Below are positions 1 to 8,713 of a DNA stretch of 41,513 nucleotides, one piece after another. The notes under the pieces are model-generated. The model saw nothing but the letters and a program-made list of their open reading frames with translations, had not been told where the DNA came from and did not search any database. The translations under genes and the position numbers were made by a program. The stretch is from an archaeon (GTDB taxonomy: Archaea; Nanobdellota; Nanobdellia; Pacearchaeales; GW2011-AR1). Numbering within the stretch: position 1 is the first letter of the stretch; the number at the start of each line of letters is the position of its first letter. The stretch spans positions 1 to 41,513 of the forward strand of contig JBDRGM010000017.1 of the NCBI GenBank assembly GCA_043817815.1, in the 5' to 3' direction.

Positions 1-140
1 CTTGTCAAATCCAAAGTCATTGTCCAACTTGAAGTCAGAGTGTCTCCACAATTACATGCAACTGCTCCCCCACAATTTGCTGCACTAACAGCATGAACTA
101 AAAACCCCAAACAAAGTAAAATTAAAACGCCTCTTTTCAT
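1..140 (-). CDS. 5' part of a secreted protein, truncated by the window edge (possibly a beta-helix surface protein)
   Basis: Hand translation from ATG at 140: MKRGVLILLCLGFLVHAVSA|ANCGGAVACNCGDTLTSSWTMTLDLT, a signal peptide ending in VSA. TATA-like tract at ~160-170. Not in the ORF track. Confidence 0.7.
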   Translation of the reverse strand, partial: MKRGVLILLCLGFLVHAVSAANCGGAVACNCGDTLTSSWTMTLDLT

Positions 141-219
141 GTGTTTAATTAAGAACTGATATATATAAATTTTTATTTGATAACAAAATATTTAATAAAC
201 TTGATTATTTCTTAATAAG

Positions 220-387
220 ATGAAAAAGCAGGTAGATTATGCGGTTCTTGATCAGTTGTTGAAATCGCTTGAAGAAGCAGTGGCTGAACTTGAGAGTTCT
301 TATAAAAACAAGAATTATGAAAATTTTAACAAATCTAAGAAATTGTTATTAAATGTGCAGGTGAAGATTTCTGAGGTGATAGAATGA
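220..387 (+). CDS. small conserved helical protein (55 aa) coupled to tadC
   Basis: Hand translation MKKQVDYAVLDQLLKSLEEAVAELESSYKNKNYENFNKSKKLLLNVQVKISEVIE. Homologous to 30013..30198, with the same ATGA overlap onto the next gene. Below the ORF-track cutoff. Confidence 0.85.
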   Translation: MKKQVDYAVLDQLLKSLEEAVAELESSYKNKNYENFNKSKKLLLNVQVKISEVIE

Positions 388-1667
388 TTCCGCAGACTAA
401 GAATGATTTTTTAGAATTAAAGAGGAGCGTAGCTAGGGAGAAAAGAATATTAAAAGAGCTTGGGATGATTCTAAGAAGTTTGGAAAATTCAAATGAAGAT
501 GAAAAGAGATTGCTGAACCATCAAGTTGCTGCGCTTAAAAAAGAGTTTAAAAAAGTCGATAGCGAGTTTAGAAAAAAGCTTGGAGGTATTTCTTTGACAA
601 GACCATTAGAGCAAAGGATTCCTGAAATTATTTCTAGCCCAAGTGAGGCAGAAGTTGTGCCTGAAAAAATCGAAGACAAATCTATTTTTTCTTTAGAGAA
701 AAGAGCAATGAAAAGGCTTGAAAAAAAAGAAGAGAAAAAGAAAAAAGTTAAAGAAGAGAAACCACGTGCATTTGTAAAAGTTTCAAATAGATTGTTCTTT
801 AAATTTTCAGATAATCTTTTTAAAAAATATCGGTTTACAGGATTGAGCAAAAATATTGTTCGGGCTAATATGAAGTTTGTTCCGGCAAGTTATATCTCGT
901 TGATATTTTTTGTATTGGTTGTTTCATTTGTGGCTGGCAGTTTATTAGCTGTTTTCCTTATTATTTTTGATGTGAGTTTTTTAATGCCTTTTATCTCTTT
1001 CACAAAAAATCCAATTAATTTGCAACTTGCTAAATTCGCTTGGATTGCTCTTGCGGTTCCTATTTGCGCTGGGCTGTTTACATATTTTTATCCTTCATTG
1101 GAAAGAAAATCCACAGAATCAAAAATCAATAATGAACTTCCTTTTGCAACAATACACATGTCTGCGATTTCAGAATCGCTTGTTAACCCAAAGGGGATTT
1201 TTGAAATTTTATTGACTGTTGAAGAATACCCTGCCTTGAGGAGAGAGTTTACTAAGCTTTTGAATGAAGTTAATATTCATGGAATGAACATGGTTAATGC
1301 TTTGAGAAGTGGTGCGTTTAATAGCCCAAGTGATAAATTGGCTGATTTGTTGAATGGTCTTGCAACGACGATAAATACTGGAGGGGATATGCAACAGTTT
1401 TTTGATAAAAGATCTCAGGCTCTTTTTTTTGAGTATAAAATTGAAAGACAAAAGAGTATTAAAGTTGCTGAGACTTTTTTAGATATTTATATCAGTATTG
1501 TTATCGCGGCTCCGATGATATTGATGCTTTTATTGATGATGATGAAAATGAGTGGGCTTGGGATTTCATTGAGCACGAATGCTATAACCTTGATAATGGT
1601 CTTGGGAGTTTCAGGGATAAACGCTGTGTTCTTGACATTCTTACATTTAAAACAACCGAGCAAATAA
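384..1667 (+). CDS. tadC: type IV pilus platform protein (TadC/PilC, T2SSF family), long form
   Basis: T2SSF motifs INNELPFA...MSAIS, FNSPSDKLADLLNGLATTINTGGD, TM segments; homolog of 28712..30016. Confidence 0.88.
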   Translation: MIPQTKNDFLELKRSVAREKRILKELGMILRSLENSNEDEKRLLNHQVAALKKEFKKVDSEFRKKLGGISLTRPLEQRIPEIISSPSEAEVVPEKIEDKSIFSLEKRAMKRLEKKEEKKKKVKEEKPRAFVKVSNRLFFKFSDNLFKKYRFTGLSKNIVRANMKFVPASYISLIFFVLVVSFVAGSLLAVFLIIFDVSFLMPFISFTKNPINLQLAKFAWIALAVPICAGLFTYFYPSLERKSTESKINNELPFATIHMSAISESLVNPKGIFEILLTVEEYPALRREFTKLLNEVNIHGMNMVNALRSGAFNSPSDKLADLLNGLATTINTGGDMQQFFDKRSQALFFEYKIERQKSIKVAETFLDIYISIVIAAPMILMLLLMMMKMSGLGISLSTNAITLIMVLGVSGINAVFLTFLHLKQPSK

Positions 1668-1668
1668 A

Positions 1669-2499
1669 ATGGAGATAAAAAACATACATATAATCGGGAT
1701 AATAGTCGGGGCAGTGGTCCTCATAACATCTATCTTTTTTTATGGAACCAAGTTTTTCTTGTTTTTAATTGGGGTGGCGGTGATAACAGCTATATCTCCT
1801 TTTGTTGTTTCAGTGATTAGAGAGAATGCTATTGCTTCTGAAAAAGAGCAGATGTTTTTGGAGTTCACGAGAAACCTTGTTGAAAGTGTTAAGATTGGGA
1901 CGCCAATCAGCAAAAGTATAATCAACGTTAGAAACAAACCTTTTGGGGTGTTGGGACCGAACATAAAAAAACTTGCAAACCAGATTTCAATTGGAATTCC
2001 ATTGAGCAATACTCTTCAAACTTTTTCAAGAGATGTTAATAATATAACTATTTCAAGGTCCTTAAAACTTATAGGACAAGCAGAAAAAGCAGGGGGGGAT
2101 ATTGGGCAGATACTTGAGTCAGTGGCAGGAGCAGTGAGCATGTCTGACCGGTTAAACAAAGAAAGGCAAAGTGCAATCTCTACTCTGGTTATTCAAGGTT
2201 ATATTATATTTGTTGTTTTTATTACTATTGTGCTTGTTATGCAATTTAAAATTGTTCCACTTCTTTCAGGGATGGGGGGAGTAGAGTTTATGGGCGGAGG
2301 AGGTGGAGAATTAATAGACGCTGAAAAACTGTCTCAATCTTTCTTATATTTGTTGCTGGCACAGGGTTTTTTTAGTGGACTTGCAATTGGAAAATTCTCA
2401 GGGGGAGGAATCAAGTCTGGAATAAAACATTCATTTGCATTCATGGTGTTGTCTTTTTTGGTCTCAAGCGGAGCTAGTTTGTTTTTTGGTGGTGCTTAG
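1669..2499 (+). CDS. type IV pilus platform protein (TadC/TadB-like, T2SSF family), short form
   Basis: FLEFTRNLVESVKIGTP, AEKAGGDIGQILE, QGFFSGLAIGK...GIKH; homolog of 27861..28703. Confidence 0.88.
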   Translation: MEIKNIHIIGIIVGAVVLITSIFFYGTKFFLFLIGVAVITAISPFVVSVIRENAIASEKEQMFLEFTRNLVESVKIGTPISKSIINVRNKPFGVLGPNIKKLANQISIGIPLSNTLQTFSRDVNNITISRSLKLIGQAEKAGGDIGQILESVAGAVSMSDRLNKERQSAISTLVIQGYIIFVVFITIVLVMQFKIVPLLSGMGGVEFMGGGGGELIDAEKLSQSFLYLLLAQGFFSGLAIGKFSGGGIKSGIKHSFAFMVLSFLVSSGASLFFGGA

Positions 2500-2544
2500 A
2501 AAACCTAATTTTTTGGCTTCTTTTTTTCCAAAAAAATGGTTTTT
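2500..2544. terminator. AT-rich hairpin between convergent genes (terminator or REP-like element)
   Basis: aaaacc-taa-ttttttgg ... ccaaaaaa-at-ggtttt inverted repeat directly after the stop codon. Confidence 0.45.
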
Positions 2545-2571
2545 TAAATTGAAAAATAAACTGTAAAAAAT

Positions 2572-3132
2572 CTAATTGTTATTTTTTAAAAAAGAATAAA
2601 ATTCTTTCCATGAATCAACTCTGATTATCCCCTCTTTAACATTAACTTTTTCATTATGAGGTTTGTCAAATAAAATCAAATTTTTAACTACGTCCTCCAA
2701 TGAAACCAAATCATGATAAGAATCATCCAAATGGGCAAAACTCCCCCTGCAAAAAGCTGTCTTAGGTTCATAATTTGTATTAAATATTTTAAGTTTAATT
2801 CTTTCTTTTTCGCAAATATCCCGCACGTATTTTACTTCAGCGTCATTTCTAGCCGTTACTATTTTGGGTAAGTATCCCATCTCTTGTATCAGATTCAAAT
2901 ATCTTCTTGCGCCATTCACTAAGGGTATATTCGCCCCCTCAGAAGTTTCATATAAACAATGAATGAGTTCATCATATTGCGCTTGTGTTAAATATTCTGG
3001 GACATGCTGGCTTTGTCTTGAGTTAGCTATATCCAACTCTGCCCCGAACATTCTTTTTGCCAACCCACGTTGATGTTTTTGGGTATCGGCTATTACATCA
3101 TCAAAATCTATTGTTACAATCTTATTTGTCAT
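2572..3132 (-). CDS. HAD-superfamily 5'(3')-nucleotidase-like protein (NT5C type)
   Basis: IDFDDVIADT motif I, IVTAR motif II, LDDS motif IV, LFDKPHN...RVDSW tail. Confidence 0.8.
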   Translation of the reverse strand: MTNKIVTIDFDDVIADTQKHQRGLAKRMFGAELDIANSRQSQHVPEYLTQAQYDELIHCLYETSEGANIPLVNGARRYLNLIQEMGYLPKIVTARNDAEVKYVRDICEKERIKLKIFNTNYEPKTAFCRGSFAHLDDSYHDLVSLEDVVKNLILFDKPHNEKVNVKEGIIRVDSWKEFYSFLKNNN

Positions 3133-3188
3133 AACATAACGAGCAAAATAAACTATATAAGCGTTACCATTAAGTAGTGATACACCCT

Positions 3189-4190
3189 TTAAAATATTTT
3201 AGTGAAATCGAAGTCAAGAATCGCTTCCGAAATTACTCCCATTTTGATTAATTTCTTTAAAAAGATTTTTTCATTGGATATAGCTATTTCTACATCTTTC
3301 TTCTCCTTATATTCTTCTAAAAAAGAATTATTCAAGGTTTTATATAATTGTACAAACCCCCAATACATGCCTGAAAGAAACCATAAAATGGCATACTTTT
3401 CAACTCTTTCTTTTAAATTTTTTTCGCTTCTAAATTCTAAATATTTATCTAAAAAAATCTTTTTATTCTTTTCGTCAAAAGGGGTTCCAAAATCAATAAA
3501 AATGTGGGCTATTTCACAAGCAGGATCAGATAATTCCAAATCTTCAAAATCAATTAGATAATATTTATTTTGATTAAATAAAACGTTAACTGAACAAAAA
3601 TCGCCATGTGCCAAAACAATTTCTGAAGGGAAATTATAATTATCATATTTTTTAAGAAGATCGGCATAAGCATTATCCATCATCTTTGCGAATTTTTCAT
3701 CTTTGCAATATTTTCCGAATACCTCTTTTTGTCTTTCTGCTTTTTTTACCATTTCATTATAATCTTTTTTAGGGAGATTATTCATTTCATCTACAATCTC
3801 CATCGAATGGATTTTTATCAAAAATTCTGCTAATCCTTCAATTTGATCTTTTCCAAATCCCTTAACCTCCTTAATCGTTTCGCCATCAAGATAACTCAAA
3901 ATCAAAATTGGGAATTTAAACTCTTTTTTCGAGTCATCGAACAAATAAACTTTTGGGGCAAAATCCTCATTCTGAAAAAACTTCAAATTCTTAAATTCTC
4001 TTTCTGCACTTGGCAAATCTTCATCGACTTTTAAACGAAAAACGAATTTTTTATCATTAGCATTTACAAGATAATTTAAACTTGAAAGCCCCTTTCCTAG
4101 TTTCTCAATTTTATCTACCTTAATCTTTTCCTCCAGTCCTAATTTAATTGGATTTAATTTTTCAAAATAAGATTTAATTTTTGACTCCAT
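3189..4190 (-). CDS. aminoglycoside phosphotransferase / choline kinase-like phosphotransferase
   Basis: GKGLSSLNY, KFVFR, Brenner motif HGDFCSVNV, LIDFE, DPACEIA. Confidence 0.85.
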   Translation of the reverse strand: MESKIKSYFEKLNPIKLGLEEKIKVDKIEKLGKGLSSLNYLVNANDKKFVFRLKVDEDLPSAEREFKNLKFFQNEDFAPKVYLFDDSKKEFKFPILILSYLDGETIKEVKGFGKDQIEGLAEFLIKIHSMEIVDEMNNLPKKDYNEMVKKAERQKEVFGKYCKDEKFAKMMDNAYADLLKKYDNYNFPSEIVLAHGDFCSVNVLFNQNKYYLIDFEDLELSDPACEIAHIFIDFGTPFDEKNKKIFLDKYLEFRSEKNLKERVEKYAILWFLSGMYWGFVQLYKTLNNSFLEEYKEKKDVEIAISNEKIFLKKLIKMGVISEAILDFDFTKIF

Positions 4191-4297
4191 AATAAAAACT
4201 AGATGTTGGCTTTTATAAGTTTAATCTCTAAGCAGTTTATTCTTTAATACGACATAGAACCTGATAAATATAAAAAGTGTTTTTGATTTCTTAAGGT

Positions 4298-4981
4298 ATG
4301 CATAAAAGAGGAACTCATATGGGTATGATGATTTCATTTGCAATATTTATTTTATTTGTAATTTTTTTTTATGTTGCAATTGGAGATGACATAAAGGTGA
4401 CTGAACCCAAAGGAGAAGTTTTGAAAAATCTCGAGGAAGAGGTATTAATTGAGATTGGGGATGTTTTAATTACTTTGATGGTTTTTGAAGATTCGACAAG
4501 TAAAGAGTGTATTGAAGTGAATGTGGAAAATCTTGGTCAAGCAGATTATTATACTGTTAAAGATGGAAATGGGGTGATGATTAAGTCTGAAAAATCAGGG
4601 GATTTAGTGAGGATGGAATATGATGAATCTGAAACTCTTTTTAAGGTTTATCTTTCAAATCATAGTTTTGACAAAATTGAGGGAGGACCTGAAGAGTGTG
4701 AACCGCGCACAGCTGATTTTGTAAAATTTGAAAATATGGTCTTTGAAGAAAATTTTTATTCATTTATACAAGAGTATAATACAGATTATGTGGCTCTTAA
4801 AACTAAATTAGGGCTTTCTTCTGATTATGATTTTAAGGTTAGTTTTGAACTTAATAATGGGACTGTGATCAGGGGGGAGAGAACTGTTACAGGAAGCGTT
4901 TATGTTTCAGATGTTCAAGTTGAGTATGTTAACTCTCAAGCAGATAAAATTGGAGGGGCGGTTAAATTAACTGTTTGGTAA
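4298..4981 (+). CDS. pilin-like protein with class III-type N-terminus
   Basis: KRG|THMGMMISF plus hydrophobic helix; homolog of 27124..27855 (both end K-x-x-VW). Confidence 0.7.
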   Translation: MHKRGTHMGMMISFAIFILFVIFFYVAIGDDIKVTEPKGEVLKNLEEEVLIEIGDVLITLMVFEDSTSKECIEVNVENLGQADYYTVKDGNGVMIKSEKSGDLVRMEYDESETLFKVYLSNHSFDKIEGGPEECEPRTADFVKFENMVFEENFYSFIQEYNTDYVALKTKLGLSSDYDFKVSFELNNGTVIRGERTVTGSVYVSDVQVEYVNSQADKIGGAVKLTVW

Positions 4982-4982
4982 A

Positions 4983-6242
4983 ATGAGGGGTAAAAAGGGT
5001 TGGCTGAAAATTGCAGAGGCGTTTATTTCAGTGATGTTGATAGCAACGGTAGTTGTAATTTTTATAGATAGTCAGGGAATAGATAAGGAAGAGATTTCTC
5101 CGAAAGTTTACAAGGAAGAGGCTTCTCTTTTGAGGAATATTCAGTTAAATGAAAGTTTGAGAGAGAGTATTCTTAACACAGTTAACTTGCCTGTTAAATG
5201 GAGTGATGTGGATTTTCCAGGAGGAGTGAAGAATAAGATAACTTCAGATAAACCAGATTATTTGGATTGCGAGGCGACGATATGTGGCGCGAATATTAGT
5301 GAATGTTCTATGGAAAGTTCTGTGACAAAAGATGTTTATGCTCAGAGCATTGGGGTTTTTTCAAGCAAGACGCAATATAACCCTCGGCAGTTGAAATTGT
5401 TTTGTTGGGATACATATGAGTTTGTTGGGGGAGATCTTTCAGGTTCTTCGGGCTCTTCAGGAGGAGGATGTACTCCAGATTGTTCTGGAAGAGTGTGTGG
5501 CCTTGACCTGGTTTGTGGTGAAAGCTGTGGGAGCTGTGGTAGAGGATATATCTGTGAAGACGGAGCTTGTAATTATTATGTGCCATATGGGGCTATTATG
5601 GAATTGCATCTTGATGATGGTGAAGGTGCCTCTTCATTTGTTGATTCTTCAGGTAATGGGAATGGTGGAACTTGTTCTTATTGTCCTGACTGGGATTCTT
5701 CTGGAATTGTTAATGGATCTTATCATCTTGATGGGACCACTTATATCACTGTGCCTGTTAGTTCAAATTGGGAATTTAACCAAGAGCTTACAGTCTCAGC
5801 ATGGTTTAAAAAAGATATAGCTGATGATGGGTTCTGGATTGTTGACAGGTGGATGAATTCTAAAGATTCTTTTCATTTGGATGTGGGAAGTTCTTCAAGT
5901 AATTATGCTGGGGGATTCACAACCTCGCTTACAGGAAAAGGCGGGAGCCCTCAAGAAAGAGCAGTAGGAGACACCCCGATTAATGACCTTGAATGGCATC
6001 ACTTAGTGGGGGTTTTTGATGGTCCTAGTGATAAGATATATATCTATTTAGATGGAGAGAAAGATGGAGAAGAAGATACTTCTTACGATACATTCTATTC
6101 AATTAGAGCGAATATTGAAATTGGCAGGTTAGCAGGATATCCTACCGCCAATGTTGTAGGAAATTTAGACGAAATAATACTTTGGGATAGAGCATTGAAT
6201 GCCTCAGAGATACAAGGTTATTATAACGCCACTCGTCCATAA
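4983..6242 (+). CDS. pilin-like protein fused to a Cys-rich linker and a LamG/concanavalin A-like domain
   Basis: KKG|WLKIAEAF. First ~142 aa match 26642..27130 up to NPRQLKLFCW, then a G/S linker, CTPDCSGRVCG and LamG motifs (LTVSAWFK, WHHLVGVFDG, IYLDG, GNLDEIILWDRAL). Confidence 0.8.
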   Translation: MRGKKGWLKIAEAFISVMLIATVVVIFIDSQGIDKEEISPKVYKEEASLLRNIQLNESLRESILNTVNLPVKWSDVDFPGGVKNKITSDKPDYLDCEATICGANISECSMESSVTKDVYAQSIGVFSSKTQYNPRQLKLFCWDTYEFVGGDLSGSSGSSGGGCTPDCSGRVCGLDLVCGESCGSCGRGYICEDGACNYYVPYGAIMELHLDDGEGASSFVDSSGNGNGGTCSYCPDWDSSGIVNGSYHLDGTTYITVPVSSNWEFNQELTVSAWFKKDIADDGFWIVDRWMNSKDSFHLDVGSSSSNYAGGFTTSLTGKGGSPQERAVGDTPINDLEWHHLVGVFDGPSDKIYIYLDGEKDGEEDTSYDTFYSIRANIEIGRLAGYPTANVVGNLDEIILWDRALNASEIQGYYNATRP

Positions 6243-6273
6243 ACATTAAAACTTCATTTTTATTATATCATTT

Positions 6274-6681
6274 ATGAAATTCAAATTTTTAGAGCATACA
6301 GCAGATATAAAGTTTCAAGCTTTTGGTAATTCATTAGAAGAGGTTTTTGAAAATTCTGCTTTGGCGATGTTTAATGCAATGCACGACGGAAAAGTTGAAA
6401 AAGAAACAAGCAAAAAGATTCAAGTAAAAGGAAAAGATAATGAAAGTTTGATGTATAATTTTTTGGAAGAACTTTTGTTTTTGTTTGACAGCGAGGGTTT
6501 TTTCCTTTCAGAAGTTAAAAGTTTGAAAATTGAAAAGGAAAAATTAGTTGCAGAAGTTGTCGGCGACAAAGCAGAAAATTATGAAATTCATATTGATGTT
6601 AAGGCAGTGACTTACAATGAAATGTTTGTTCGCGAGGAGAAAAAAGGAAAGTGGGTTGGACAGGTTGTTTTGGATGTTTAA
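6274..6681 (+). CDS. archease (RtcB cofactor)
   Basis: FLEHTADI, VKAVTYNEM, VVLDV C-terminus. Confidence 0.95.
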   Translation: MKFKFLEHTADIKFQAFGNSLEEVFENSALAMFNAMHDGKVEKETSKKIQVKGKDNESLMYNFLEELLFLFDSEGFFLSEVKSLKIEKEKLVAEVVGDKAENYEIHIDVKAVTYNEMFVREEKKGKWVGQVVLDV

Positions 6682-7175
6682 TCGCTGTTAAAGTAATAAT
6701 CTAAAACTCCTAATTGTAATGTAAATATCTTTTCTGGTGTTTCTTCAAATATCTGTTTCAATTTAGACTTTTTAATCCAGTAGATGTTTTTTGTTCCATC
6801 TCCTTGTTTAAGGGGTTCTTTATCTTTAACTTGACATATGAAAACAAAACCTATCCACGGTCTGCCGCCTTTAATTTGTTGGTGGCAGCAAAATGGTTTA
6901 AATGCAAAAGACCCATCATTATTGGGCGAGAGTATTTTTGTTTTTGAGTCTGGAGAGATTTTTAATGCTTTTAATCCGGTTTCTTCAAAAACTTCTCTAT
7001 TAAGAGCATCATAAATATTTTCAAACTCTCTTATTTTTCCTCCTGGCATTTCAAAACATCCGGAATATTTGGGATCTTCTTCAGGTTTCCACCTAGTTTG
7101 AATTAAAACTTCTGTTTCTCCATCTTTTAACCGTTCAATGATCGCTGTAACAACAGGGATGCTAAATCTTTCCAT
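6678..7175 (-). CDS. NUDIX hydrolase
   Basis: Nudix box GGKIREFENIYDALNREVFEETGL. Confidence 0.9.
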   Translation of the reverse strand: MERFSIPVVTAIIERLKDGETEVLIQTRWKPEEDPKYSGCFEMPGGKIREFENIYDALNREVFEETGLKALKISPDSKTKILSPNNDGSFAFKPFCCHQQIKGGRPWIGFVFICQVKDKEPLKQGDGTKNIYWIKKSKLKQIFEETPEKIFTLQLGVLDYYFNSD

Positions 7176-7263
7176 ATTTTAATCAATTGGGGGGTCTATA
7201 TAAAGATTATTCTTTAATTTTGTTTAACATCAGATTTATATATTTGTGTTGATGATCTAATAT

Positions 7264-8679
7264 ATGAAACTGAAAAAAATCTCTGCAAATATTTATGAAA
7301 TTCCTCGTGAAGGGAAAATGAATGTTCCTGGAATGGTTTTTGCAAGTGAGAAACTTTTGGAAAAAATCAAAGAAGACAAAACATTAGAGCAAGTTAAAAA
7401 TGTTGCACAACTCCCTGGAATTTTAAAAAAGTCAATAGCTCTTCCAGATGCACACCAAGGTTATGGTTTCCCAATTGGAGGCGTTGCTGCGTTTGACATG
7501 GACAAAGGAATAATTTCTCCAGGGGGAGTTGGTTATGATATTAATTGTTCTGTAAGATTATTAAAAACAAATCTCAAGAAAAAAGATATCTTAGATAAAC
7601 AAAAAAAAATTATTGAAGCTTTGTTTAGAAAAATTCCTTCTGGAGTTGGTCGCGGAAGTAAGTTTCAGATTACGCGAAAAGAATTGAATAAACTTTTAGA
7701 GAAAGGTGCGAAATATATTGTTGACAAAGGTTATGGGGTTAAAGAAGATTATTTGCACATGGAAGAAGAAGGATTCATCAAGAGAGCTGACTCTTCAAAA
7801 GTTTCAGAGAGAGCAATTAAAAGAGGAATTGGACAGCTTGGAACACTTGGGGCTGGAAATCATTTTTTAGAAGTTCAATTTGTCGACGAGATTTATGATG
7901 AAAAAATTGCAAAAGTTTTTGGTTTGGAGAAAGGGCAAGTTACAATCATGGTTCATTGTGGTTCAAGAGGATTAGGTCACCAGGTTGCGTCTGATTATAT
8001 TAAAGCTATGGAAGAAGAATATGGTTTTAAGAATTTGCCAGACAGGGAATTAATTAATGCTCCGATTAACAGCAAGTTGGGAAAAGATTATTTTGCTGCA
8101 ATGGCGTGTGCTGCGAATTTTGCGTTTGCAAATAAACAACTAATTACTCACTGGATTCGTGAAGAAATGAAATCTCTTTTTCCTAAGTTCAAGGCAGAAG
8201 TGGTTTATGATATTTGTCACAACATTGCAAAATTTGAAGAGTTTAAAGTTAACGGAAAAAAGCAAACTTTGTGTGTTCATAGAAAAGGTGCGACTAGATC
8301 GTTTGGCCCTGGAAGAAAAGAAGTTCCAGAAAAATATAGGAATGTTGGACAGCCAGTTATTATTCCTGGTTCAATGGGAACAGCATCGTATTTGCTTGTT
8401 GGAACAAAAAAGGCCGAGGAATTGACTTGGGGTTCAACAGCACATGGGGCTGGAAGAGTCTCAAGCAGAAGTGCAGCATTAAGAAATATTAATGGAGAAG
8501 AAGTCAAAAAAAGGTTAAGTGATAAAGGAATTGAAGTAAAGTCTGGAAGTTGGAAATCGCTTGCTTCAGAAGCACCTGAAGTTTACAAAGATATTGATGA
8601 GGTAATAAAGGTTGTTGACGAAATTGGTATAAGTAAAAAAGTTGTGAAATTAAAACCCTTGACAGTTATTAAGGGATAA
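7264..8679 (+). CDS. rtcB: RNA-splicing/repair ligase RtcB (copy 1)
   Basis: LPDAHQGYGFPIGG, GYDINC, GAGNHFLE, HCGSRG, CHN, HRKGAT, PGSMG, HGAGR, EAPEVYK all intact; no intein. Confidence 0.97.
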   Translation: MKLKKISANIYEIPREGKMNVPGMVFASEKLLEKIKEDKTLEQVKNVAQLPGILKKSIALPDAHQGYGFPIGGVAAFDMDKGIISPGGVGYDINCSVRLLKTNLKKKDILDKQKKIIEALFRKIPSGVGRGSKFQITRKELNKLLEKGAKYIVDKGYGVKEDYLHMEEEGFIKRADSSKVSERAIKRGIGQLGTLGAGNHFLEVQFVDEIYDEKIAKVFGLEKGQVTIMVHCGSRGLGHQVASDYIKAMEEEYGFKNLPDRELINAPINSKLGKDYFAAMACAANFAFANKQLITHWIREEMKSLFPKFKAEVVYDICHNIAKFEEFKVNGKKQTLCVHRKGATRSFGPGRKEVPEKYRNVGQPVIIPGSMGTASYLLVGTKKAEELTWGSTAHGAGRVSSRSAALRNINGEEVKKRLSDKGIEVKSGSWKSLASEAPEVYKDIDEVIKVVDEIGISKKVVKLKPLTVIKG

Positions 8680-8713
8680 TAAAACTTATAAAGAGGATTT
8701 TACTAATAAGAAA

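Noticed and set aside
3189-4190. Antibiotic resistance gene
   Set aside because: An APH-like fold alone does not specify a substrate; many such kinases act on other metabolites.
4237-7218. TTATTCTTTAAT in two divergent promoter regions (4237, 7207) and an 11-nt match at 23477 (-), as a regulator or att site
   Set aside because: Almost all A/T and not palindromic; chance occurrence is plausible in this composition.
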